A stretch of DNA of 64,000 nucleotides, taken from a virus. Shown here in pieces: positions 52,043 to 59,437 of this stretch; within the stretch, counting starts at the first letter, position 1; every line of letters starts with the position of its first letter. The stretch is from positions 1 to 64,000 of IMG/VR virus record IMGVR_UViG_2084038018_000001. One strand, written 5' to 3'. Below the pieces are notes generated by a model. It saw nothing but the letters and a program-made list of their open reading frames with translations. It made no database searches and was not told the origin of the DNA. Made by a program: the position numbers and the translations under genes.

Positions 52043-54340
52043 TTAGATCTTGCAAGCGCCAGACTCGCAACCATCGTCCTCGACCGGTGGGAGATACGCC
52101 GGTGCACCTGACTCAGGCGTACCCTCAGCGGTAGAGCCGTCATCGGAGCCATCACGGGTATTGTGATAGTACCAAGTCTTCACGCCCATCTTGTAACCGT
52201 GGATCAAGTCCTTAAGGACCGTCGCCGCCGGCACTTTACCGTTCGGGAACTTAGACGGGTCGTAGTTGGTGTTCGCAGAGATCGTCTGGTCGATGAACTT
52301 CTGCATGATGCCCACGAGGTTGATATAGCCAGTGTTGCTTGGCATATCCCACAGCAGCTCATACTGATCACGCAGACGCTCGAGCTCCGGAACGGCTTGC
52401 TTCAATACACCGTCCTTCGACGTCTTCACAGAGACCAGGCCACGTGGCGGTTCGATACCGTTAGTCGCATTGGAGATCTGAGAGGAAGTCTCGGAAGGCA
52501 TCAGAGCAGAGACGGTGGAGTTACGCACGCCGTATTTCAGGATACGAGCACGCAGCGCTTCCCAGTCACAGTACAGACGGTTGTCGACGACGGTGTCGAT
52601 GTCACGTTTGTAGGTGTCGATCGGGAGAATCCCTTTCGCCATCTTCGTTTCGTGGAAGCCTGGGCAGGCACCTTTCTCCTGAGCCAAGCGGTTGGAGGCA
52701 TCCATCAGGGAGTACTGGATACGTTCGAACAGCTTATGCGTCGCGTTGTTCGCGGAACCGTCGGAGTACTTCATGCCGTTCTTCGCCAGCCAGTACGCGT
52801 AGTTCACGACACCGACACCCAGAGGACGACGATACATCGTGGACTTCTCAGCTGCCGGAACCGGATAGTCCTGGTAGTCGAGGAGTTCATCCAGTGCACG
52901 CACCATCAGGTCCGCCATCTCTGGGATGTCGTCCAGGGTCAGGGCACCGAGGTTGAATGCTGCCAGCGTACACAGAGCGATCTCACCTTCCGGATCGGCG
53001 ATGTTGGTCAATGGTGCTGCCGGGAGAGCGATCTCCGCACACAGGTTGGACTGACGAACAGGCGCTACCTTCGGATCGAACGGGCCATGGGTGTTGCAGT
53101 GATCCACGTTCTGAATGTAGATACGACCGGTACCGGAACGTTCAGAGACCAGCGTCAGGAAGAGCTCCTGAGCGGAATACGTGTTACGTCGGATCGTCTC
53201 GTCAGCTTCATAGATCTCATACAGACGGGCGAACTCTTTCTGGTCAGCATAGAACGCATCCAGGAGGCCCGGGACGTCATGCGGAGAGAAGCAAGAGATC
53301 TTGCCATGCGTCAGCAGACGGGAATACAGGAAGCCGTTGATCTGCACGCCGTAGTCCAGATGACGCTCACGGTTCTGTTCAGTCCCGCGGTTGTTCTTCA
53401 GGACGATGAGGTCCGCGACTTCATAGTGCCAGAACGGATAGTACAGGGTCGCTGCACCACCTCGGACGCCACCCTGAGAACAGGACTTCACGGCAGCCTT
53501 GAAGAGCTTGATGAACGGGATCACACCGGTGTGGTTCGCTTCACCGCCACGGATAGGGGAACCGATCGCACGGATACGGGAGATATCCAGACCGATACCT
53601 GCACGCTGGGAGACGTACTCAACGATTGCAGAGGATGCGGCGTTGATTGACTTCAGGGAGTCCCCGGCGGCGATCAGCACACAGGAAGAGAACTGACGAG
53701 TCGGCGTACGCATACCGGCCATGATCGGCGTCGGCAGGGAGATCTTGAAGGTCGACAGGGCGTCGTAGAACGCTAAAACGTAGCCCATGCGAATATCGTG
53801 ATCGTAGCGAGAGAACAGGCATGCAGCGATCATCATGTTCGCCATCTGCGGAGTCTCGTAGAGCTCGTGAGTCACACGGTTCTGCACGAGGTACTTGCCC
53901 TGCAGCTGCTGGACGCCGGCGTAGGCGTACGTCATGTCCAGGCCGTGGTTGATCACTTTACCCATGACCGCCAGGTCGGCATCGGAGTAGTCCTTCAGGA
54001 TCGCTGCGTCGTACAGGCCCTTAGAGACCATCGACTTAACGAACAGAGAGAAGTCCATCGGTTCGAAATCACCGTACACTTCTTTACGGATACCGAACAT
54101 CGCCGCACGTGCGGCCATGATCGCGTAGTCTGGCTCCTCGGCGGAGATCAGATCTGCGATGCTCTTCACAACTGCCGCATGCAGGTCGGATGTGAGAACG
54201 CCATCAGTGACGTGCAGCTTCAGTGCCAGCTCAACCTGAGAGGTTGAAACGTCCAGGCCTTCACCGGCCCAGGAGATAACTTTCTCGATCTTTTCCCACT
54301 GGAAGGGTTCACGACGGCCGTCACGTTTAGTTACTTGCAT
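52043..54340 (-). CDS. nrdA: ribonucleotide reductase class Ia alpha subunit
   Basis: ATP-cone start MQVTKRDGRREPF (ATG 54340 with GGAG 7 nt upstream), active-site QSNLCAEIALP, and C-terminal CESGACKI. Contiguous, with no intein or intron gap. Confidence 0.9.
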   Translation of the reverse strand: MQVTKRDGRREPFQWEKIEKVISWAGEGLDVSTSQVELALKLHVTDGVLTSDLHAAVVKSIADLISAEEPDYAIMAARAAMFGIRKEVYGDFEPMDFSLFVKSMVSKGLYDAAILKDYSDADLAVMGKVINHGLDMTYAYAGVQQLQGKYLVQNRVTHELYETPQMANMMIAACLFSRYDHDIRMGYVLAFYDALSTFKISLPTPIMAGMRTPTRQFSSCVLIAAGDSLKSINAASSAIVEYVSQRAGIGLDISRIRAIGSPIRGGEANHTGVIPFIKLFKAAVKSCSQGGVRGGAATLYYPFWHYEVADLIVLKNNRGTEQNRERHLDYGVQINGFLYSRLLTHGKISCFSPHDVPGLLDAFYADQKEFARLYEIYEADETIRRNTYSAQELFLTLVSERSGTGRIYIQNVDHCNTHGPFDPKVAPVRQSNLCAEIALPAAPLTNIADPEGEIALCTLAAFNLGALTLDDIPEMADLMVRALDELLDYQDYPVPAAEKSTMYRRPLGVGVVNYAYWLAKNGMKYSDGSANNATHKLFERIQYSLMDASNRLAQEKGACPGFHETKMAKGILPIDTYKRDIDTVVDNRLYCDWEALRARILKYGVRNSTVSALMPSETSSQISNATNGIEPPRGLVSVKTSKDGVLKQAVPELERLRDQYELLWDMPSNTGYINLVGIMQKFIDQTISANTNYDPSKFPNGKVPAATVLKDLIHGYKMGVKTWYYHNTRDGSDDGSTAEGTPESGAPAYLPPVEDDGCESGACKI

Positions 54341-54920
54341 TGATTTCTCCAAAGATTGTCTTGATATATTCTGGACTCAGCGGCCCAGTAAAGTACTGCT
54401 TTCTGGTAATACGAACGTATGCCCACATGAAGAGGGCTTCGGTTTGTTCAGGGGTCAAGCACGAGATGCCCGGGTGACCGTGGTCATCCGCCCAGCCGGC
54501 ACCCTTAGAGTGCAGCAGGTGGGTGGCCTCGATCTGGCACATCATGCTATCGATACGCTTCACTGCAGGGTACACGCCCTTCACCCACTCCGGATCGAGT
54601 TTGAACGCACGGTACACCTTATTCTGGATCAGCTCTTCCATCGCAGCATAGTCAGGCAGGAACTGCTTAAACGGCGATGGGATATCCTGGATGAACGCCT
54701 CTGAACCATCATGGAGCAGACCAATCAACTGCAGCTCCGGCGGAAGCATTGATGCCACGTGCACGGAGTGTTCACCGACCGAGTACATCCGGTTCGTATG
54801 GGAGTTGAAACGGTTTACCCCGGACAGAGCGTGTGCCAGGTTATGAATGTTGACCCCGCTGAAATCGTTGGGATCTAAAGTAAAGTGCTCACCATTAAAG
54901 GTTTCAATTGATGCGGACAT
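54327..54920 (-). CDS. HD-domain phosphohydrolase (YfbR/5'-nucleotidase-like)
   Basis: IHNLAHALSGVNRF, SVGEHSVHVA and GLLHDGSEAF motifs. Confidence 0.65.
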   Translation of the reverse strand: MSASIETFNGEHFTLDPNDFSGVNIHNLAHALSGVNRFNSHTNRMYSVGEHSVHVASMLPPELQLIGLLHDGSEAFIQDIPSPFKQFLPDYAAMEELIQNKVYRAFKLDPEWVKGVYPAVKRIDSMMCQIEATHLLHSKGAGWADDHGHPGISCLTPEQTEALFMWAYVRITRKQYFTGPLSPEYIKTIFGEINASN

Positions 54921-54949
54921 GGAGGTTCTCCGTTAGGGGTTACATGTTA

Positions 54950-54958
54950 GTTATACCT
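54950..54958 (-). promoter_or_regulatory. -10-like box AGGTATAAC (minus strand)
   Basis: 29 nt upstream of the ATG at 54920. A second box, TGGTATACT, lies at 54977-54985. Confidence 0.4.
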
Positions 54959-55044
54959 GCAGATCAGGCATTATTGAGTATACCATAGATTCTCGAGGAC
55001 AGGTTACGGAGATTTTGCTGAGAGCTAAGCGGATCGTGCGGTCT

Positions 55045-55241
55045 CAAACGTTGTAACCGTACAAACCCACCTCAACACAGCCCTATAGCTCCTTAGGGTC
55101 TATATATTATTTATTTTTTTAAAAAAGACATTCGTAATATATATAGTAGGTCTACCCTTATAGATGTCTTAGGGTGACGTTTGAAAGGTTACAACGTTTG
55201 GATCCTCTGAAACCCGCGTCATTACTGGGTTTTCTTGTAAC
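55045..55241 (+). repeat. 197-bp intergenic element, copy 2
   Basis: Same orientation as copy 1. TIR halves at 55045-55058 and 55187-55200. The differences are T7A6 vs T6A7 in the core plus two substitutions just right of the TIR. Confidence 0.9.
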
Positions 55242-55261
55242 TTTTCATGTAACGGAGAGGC

Positions 55262-55283
55262 TAAAAGAGGGTTTCCCCTCTTT
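55262..55283 (-). terminator. hairpin terminator (usable in both directions)
   Basis: AAGAGGG-TTTC-CCCTCTT with A/T runs on both sides, 3 nt after the stop of the 153-aa gene. Confidence 0.6.
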
Positions 55284-55285
55284 AG

Positions 55286-55747
55286 TTATGCGGCACACTT
55301 CACCAGGTAAGCGGCGAAAGAGTTGCCCATGTGACGTAGCCACATCAGTGTATCGACAGGGAATTCCTCCCCGGCGACGATCGCCTGAGTATCCGGCTTG
55401 ACGGAGATCAGCTCTTGGAAACGCTCGAGGGAGTACTCCTCGGCACCGGAGACGGCGAGGACGGAGATCTCGAACAGACGAGGGTTGATCCCGAAGAACA
55501 TCAGGGAGTGGAAGCCCAGGCCGTCACAGACTTCACTCGGAACGTTCTCCTCGGTGAAGGCTTTGCAGAGCTCCGCGAGGAACATGTGCTGCACCTTCAT
55601 CGTTGACATCGCGAGCTCGACCGACGGCGGATCTTCACGGAGTGCCGCGAGGAGATGACGCTGACGGATGAGGCCTGCCTGACGGATCGCAGAGGTCATC
55701 GTCTCATTAGTGAAGACGGGCTTCAGGATCTTGTAGATGTCATTCAT
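55286..55747 (-). CDS. hypothetical protein (153 aa)
   Basis: ATGA-type overlap with the upstream gene. Confidence 0.6.
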   Translation of the reverse strand: MNDIYKILKPVFTNETMTSAIRQAGLIRQRHLLAALREDPPSVELAMSTMKVQHMFLAELCKAFTEENVPSEVCDGLGFHSLMFFGINPRLFEISVLAVSGAEEYSLERFQELISVKPDTQAIVAGEEFPVDTLMWLRHMGNSFAAYLVKCAA

Positions 55748-56247
55748 GCTTTGAATTCTCCGTTAGTAGACTCCAGGCCCTGTTGGATGTTGACCGCGGC
55801 GGCCACCATCAAGTGGGTACCCGCCATCTGGATGATGAGGTCACCCACGAGATCCAGGACGAGCAGTCCGTGCAGATAGTTCGCCTCACCGGCTTCACCC
55901 TTCTCACGAGCTTCGAGGCCCGCTTCTTCGAAGAAGACTTCAGGCGTACCGTTCATCTTCAGGTATTCGTCACCCCAGTGGGAGGTGAAACCGTCATGGA
56001 ACCCTGGCATCGCCATGGTCACCATCGGGACGAGCTTCGCGATACCGACGGCTCCCGGCGGTACGTTAGTCGTCGTCAGGCCGAGCTCATTGACCTTATC
56101 AGCGAGTGCCGCACTCACACGGAAGTACGACGGGAAGACGTCACTGACATCCGCACCCTTCGGGTACAGAGCAGACATCTTCAGGACGGCAGCAGAAATA
56201 GCTTCATCTTCGATGATTTTTCGAAAGATTTCTTCACGAGACAGCAT
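55744..56247 (-). CDS. hypothetical protein (167 aa)
   Basis: AAGGAAAC SD. Confidence 0.6.
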   Translation of the reverse strand: MLSREEIFRKIIEDEAISAAVLKMSALYPKGADVSDVFPSYFRVSAALADKVNELGLTTTNVPPGAVGIAKLVPMVTMAMPGFHDGFTSHWGDEYLKMNGTPEVFFEEAGLEAREKGEAGEANYLHGLLVLDLVGDLIIQMAGTHLMVAAAVNIQQGLESTNGEFKA

Positions 56248-56277
56248 AGTGTTTCCTTATCAACGTTTTCTTGGATA

Positions 56278-56310
56278 CGCTCTGAGAGCTCCTGTAAGCC
56301 TCTCAGAGCG
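56278..56310. other. 11-bp perfect-stem hairpin CGCTCTGAGAG-N11-CTCTCAGAGCG
   Basis: Read directly. There is no T-run on the transcribed (minus) strand, so it is not a classical terminator there. Confidence 0.7.
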
Positions 56311-56317
56311 GTTTTAA

Positions 56318-56338
56318 GGGGTAGGACGTAGGTCAGCC
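56318..56338. repeat. inverted copy of the 21-nt sequence at 18886-18906
   Basis: GGGGTAGGACGTAGGTCAGCC is the reverse complement of GGCTGACCTACGTCCTACCCC. It abuts the stop of the RuvC-like gene. Confidence 0.8.
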
Positions 56339-56856
56339 TACTTACGGGGTTTAGAACGCGCCCAGGAGGCGTTGGCGAGCCATGCGAGGCAGGATGCGTC
56401 TGCTTCATGGTCGACCTTGAACTTCTTCCCGGTCAGAGCCTCACCGGCGAACATCGAGAAGACCTTGTCGAGGCGATCCGACGGGTTTTCCTGTCCAGTA
56501 GTGAGGTAGATGTGCTTAGCGATAGGGGTCTTCCAGTCGATCGCCTTGTACATCGCAAGCGGACACTCGAGGTCCGACTTGATCATGTACTGCAGAGATC
56601 CGGTCACGAGCAGGATGTGCTCAGAGTCCGGGTTATGCTTGCCTTGGTAGGTGACGTAACGTTCCATGCATGCACCCTTGATGTAGTTCTGATACTCCTC
56701 GATCTCCTCAAGGAGGTGGATCGGGGTTTCCCCTACAGGGTACAGACTTGGGTTCATCGTCCCGGAGGCCACGGATTTACCGTTGACATCGACAATACCC
56801 CACCCGAGGTTTTTCCAACCTGGATCAATCCCGAGAAAGAGATAGTCCTGCTCCAT
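56338..56856 (-). CDS. RuvC-like Holliday junction resolvase
   Basis: YLFLGIDPGWKNLGWGIVDVNGK N-terminal catalytic-Asp motif. Start moved to ATG 56856 (GGAGGA 5 nt upstream). Confidence 0.65.
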   Translation of the reverse strand: MEQDYLFLGIDPGWKNLGWGIVDVNGKSVASGTMNPSLYPVGETPIHLLEEIEEYQNYIKGACMERYVTYQGKHNPDSEHILLVTGSLQYMIKSDLECPLAMYKAIDWKTPIAKHIYLTTGQENPSDRLDKVFSMFAGEALTGKKFKVDHEADASCLAWLANASWARSKPRK

Positions 56857-57061
56857 TCGTTCCTCCGTTTCGTAAAGTGTTGAACCCGTACGCACCTAGT
56901 AAGGTGGAGTTCGCCGTCGTCGCTAAGAACAGGACGAGTGCCACGGCTACGACTATGCCGTTGAACCCGGTGTACTTGCGACGATAAACCAGATACAGCA
57001 GAATACCGAACGATGTCAGCATTATGCCGAGACTCATCAGGGATAACATGATAGCTGACAT
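56825..57061 (-). CDS. small membrane protein (78 aa, 2 TM)
   Basis: MSAIMLSLMSLGIMLTSFGILLYLVY...IVVAVALVLFLATT. TAATG junction with the upstream micro-gene. Confidence 0.45.
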   Translation of the reverse strand: MSAIMLSLMSLGIMLTSFGILLYLVYRRKYTGFNGIVVAVALVLFLATTANSTLLGAYGFNTLRNGGTNGAGLSLSRD

Positions 57062-57210
57062 TATTGCACCAATATAAATGTAGCACAACCGCCGAGAGTC
57101 ACCATAGCGATTGTGAACCAGAGGGTCGAATCGTACCCTCTAAGGATCTTCCAAAGACTGCATACGCCGGTCACTAGACCTAAGATCACGGCGATTAGAA
57201 CACCAACCAT
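57061..57210 (-). CDS. small membrane protein (49 aa, 2 TM), absent from the ORF track
   Basis: MVGVLIAVILGLVTGVCSLWKILRGYDSTLWFTIAMVTLGGCATFILVQ. Overlaps both neighbours. Confidence 0.45.
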   Translation of the reverse strand: MVGVLIAVILGLVTGVCSLWKILRGYDSTLWFTIAMVTLGGCATFILVQ

Positions 57211-57371
57211 CGTAAGACAACCTCAACATACAGAACGATGATACTGATACCGATCAGGAGGTACAGACCGAGTGCCTTTAATAGGAACACGAACCGTGAC
57301 TTCCATGTATCCTCAGGCTCTACATTGCGAAGGACGAACCAGACACCGCACACTGCGAGCATGGCGAACAT
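57195..57371 (-). CDS. small membrane protein (58 aa, 2 TM)
   Basis: MFAMLAVCGVWFVLRNVEPEDTWKSRFVFLLKALGLYLLIGISIIVLYVEVVLRWLVF. Start moved to the internal ATG 57371, downstream of the previous stop. Confidence 0.45.
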   Translation of the reverse strand: MFAMLAVCGVWFVLRNVEPEDTWKSRFVFLLKALGLYLLIGISIIVLYVEVVLRWLVF

Positions 57372-57379
57372 CGGACCAT

Positions 57380-57652
57380 TCACGAGCAGAAACCCTGTTC
57401 GAAGGCCTTCGAGAACTCCTCCGAGCGACTCACTACCTCGAGGTAATGCAGATCGCCCATCGTATGCTCCCGTTCCCACGTCGGGTTCCAGAGACACTCA
57501 TTCACCGGACGACCCTTACGCATGAACTTCACGCAGAGGATCGCGGGGTGGATAGGGTTACCTGTCTGGAAGGAGACGTTCACCAAGTAGGTACCTGGTT
57601 TCCAACCGCCTTCCGGCTTCCCGATCGTTCTTACTTCAGGTGGCATTCTCAT
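57380..57652 (-). CDS. hypothetical protein (90 aa), paralogue of the C-terminal half of the next gene
   Basis: RTIGKPEGGWKPGTYLV...DLHYLEVVSRSEEF versus RTIGEPEGGWVGGTYLV...DLHYLEIVSRNDAL. Confidence 0.6.
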   Translation of the reverse strand: MRMPPEVRTIGKPEGGWKPGTYLVNVSFQTGNPIHPAILCVKFMRKGRPVNECLWNPTWEREHTMGDLHYLEVVSRSEEFSKAFEQGFCS

Positions 57653-58173
57653 AGGAACTCCGACAGTGCGTCATTACGGGAAACAATCTCGAGGTAATGC
57701 AGATCCTTGAGCCTGAAGTTACGTTCCAGGTGCGGAACCCATACGTTACCGGAGCTCGGACCTTCCTGGAGATCTGCGTAAGGTGCGTGGAGGATCGCAT
57801 TATGGATATCCTCCGATTTCTTCAACGCGATACGCACTAAGTATGTCCCGCCGACCCAGCCACCTTCAGGTTCACCGATCGTTCTCTCACGAGGTGGTCT
57901 ATGAAGTTTACCCATCTTTTTATACCCTTGTGAATCACTTCCACGGTCGCCCCAGGTAGGGCAGAATTCGAGCATAAACGCATGGTGCTCACGTTTATGC
58001 ATCCACGTCGTCAACTCTCCACAACACTGGCACTCATACTGGACTTTCCCACCGCACTGCGTAAACATCGGCCGGTAGAAATGTCCGTAAAGATTGCAGT
58101 ACAGACGGGACCATGCGTGCTGCACGACCCTAGCTGCTTTCCAGCGGAGAATACGCCTATCGTCGCCGATCAT
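57649..58173 (-). CDS. hypothetical protein with an N-terminal Cys-rich (zinc-ribbon-like) region plus the shared domain
   Basis: 174 aa. The N-terminal half contains six Cys (YCNLYGH...FTQCGGKVQYECQCCGELTTW...EFC). Confidence 0.6.
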   Translation of the reverse strand: MIGDDRRILRWKAARVVQHAWSRLYCNLYGHFYRPMFTQCGGKVQYECQCCGELTTWMHKREHHAFMLEFCPTWGDRGSDSQGYKKMGKLHRPPRERTIGEPEGGWVGGTYLVRIALKKSEDIHNAILHAPYADLQEGPSSGNVWVPHLERNFRLKDLHYLEIVSRNDALSEFL

Positions 58174-58574
58174 ATCACCATCACCACTTTAATGATGACA
58201 TCCGTAACGAAGAAGGCTTGGGCACAGCAGATAGCTAACATGCAGATAGCGAGGAAGAATGCCCCATCATCCACAGGCCCGGAGGTGTCTTTGCACCACT
58301 CTGCAGTGAACATCAGCCAGCAGAATAACCCGACGAAGATAATGAAGATGATAACGAAGGTCCATTTTGTCAGGATATCGGGGAGATGCGGGAAGTCGAT
58401 ATACGTCCCACTACCTACATCGACGATGACCTTCACAATGCCGAGGGCGATGAAAAAGCTTGGCAGCAAGGCGATCGCGTAGCTCTTAACCGGCTCCCAC
58501 CCGAAGGTACGCATGCGGTGGTAGTACGGCCACGAGAAGAAGCCAATCAGGGATAACAGCAGTAGATACTTCAT
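58170..58574 (-). CDS. polytopic membrane protein (134 aa)
   Basis: About four hydrophobic helices (for example LLLLSLIGFFSWPYY, FVIIFIIFVGLFCWLMF, FFLAICMLAICCAQAFF). Confidence 0.6.
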   Translation of the reverse strand: MKYLLLLSLIGFFSWPYYHRMRTFGWEPVKSYAIALLPSFFIALGIVKVIVDVGSGTYIDFPHLPDILTKWTFVIIFIIFVGLFCWLMFTAEWCKDTSGPVDDGAFFLAICMLAICCAQAFFVTDVIIKVVMVI

Positions 58575-58888
58575 ACCATCTCCAGGTAGATCGGTGAGTT
58601 AGTGCGGATTGGACGTTCAGGGCGTGGGTGAATACGTTTGACGTGCAGACGATAGGTCGTCCACGGGAAGTCGCCACCGGTATTCTCGATGATACCCTGA
58701 TTGAGCATCGACCCGAGACGCTTGGCAACCTGCATGTTCTCACCGATCTCGAAGCATGAGAACCGCTGTCTCTTCCTCTGGAGTAAGTTCTTGTAAATCC
58801 ACGCCCGCTGCTCCTTCCACTTCAGGCGCTTAGGCATGGCGTCGAGCTCTGTATTGAAGTCCGACCAGGATGTTACAATGCAGTTCAT
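58571..58888 (-). CDS. hypothetical protein (105 aa)
   Basis: First gene of this leftward unit, divergent from the endolysin gene. Confidence 0.55.
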   Translation of the reverse strand: MNCIVTSWSDFNTELDAMPKRLKWKEQRAWIYKNLLQRKRQRFSCFEIGENMQVAKRLGSMLNQGIIENTGGDFPWTTYRLHVKRIHPRPERPIRTNSPIYLEMV

Positions 58889-58897
58889 GTTGGTTCC

Positions 58898-58905
58898 TTA
58901 AAATA
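58898..58905 (+). promoter_or_regulatory. candidate rightward promoter box TTAAAATA
   Basis: 19 nt upstream of the endolysin ATG. Confidence 0.3.
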
Positions 58906-58924
58906 ACGATTGGAGGTACTAACT

Positions 58925-59437
58925 ATGTTCAAACTCAGTGCGGCCGGTAAGGCCGAAATGGAACAATTCGAAGGCCGTCGTAACAAGCTCTACGATGACG
59001 CTAATCCGAATAAACCGCTAGCTCGTGCAGCGGATGCTAAGGGCTTTCCGACCATCGGCGTAGGTCACCTGGTGAAGAAAGGTGATACGTCCTATGACGG
59101 GAAAACCCTCAGTGATGCGGAGATCGACGCACTCTTCGCCGCCGACGTGAAGTGGGCCGAGGACATCATCAATGGTTTAGGTTTACCGCTTAAGCAAAAT
59201 GAATTTGATGCACTCGTATCCTTTGTGTACAATGTAGGTCCAGGCAAACAAGGAGTTAAAGATGGACTTATTACTTTACGCAATGGCAATCCTTCTTCTG
59301 TTCTGCGAAATATGCGGGCGGGTAACATTCGAGCAGCTGGTGACAGCCTGCTCTCCTGGACCCGCTCCGCTGGGAAGGAACTACCCGGTTTGGTTAAGAG
59401 ACGTCAAGCCGAACGGGCATTACTTCTTGGCGCTTAA
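58925..59437 (+). CDS. endolysin, GH24 T4-type lysozyme
   Basis: EQFEGRRNKLYDD...FPTIGVGH...FDALVSFVYNVGPG. ATG 58925 with GGAGG 9 nt upstream. Similar to the lysozyme domain of the hub protein. Confidence 0.85.
   Translation: MFKLSAAGKAEMEQFEGRRNKLYDDANPNKPLARAADAKGFPTIGVGHLVKKGDTSYDGKTLSDAEIDALFAADVKWAEDIINGLGLPLKQNEFDALVSFVYNVGPGKQGVKDGLITLRNGNPSSVLRNMRAGNIRAAGDSLLSWTRSAGKELPGLVKRRQAERALLLGA

Noticed and set aside
52163-53650. 495-aa ORF on the plus strand
   Set aside because: It lies entirely antisense to nrdA, whose product has unmistakable RNR motifs. The antisense translation is Arg/Val/His-rich with no motifs. This is a typical shadow ORF produced by codon periodicity.
49848-54340. 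Possible intein or group I intron/homing endonuclease in the RNR genes
   Set aside because: Both ORFs are continuous and of normal length for class Ia subunits, with catalytic motifs in the usual order. The two intervening ORFs lie between the genes, not inside them.
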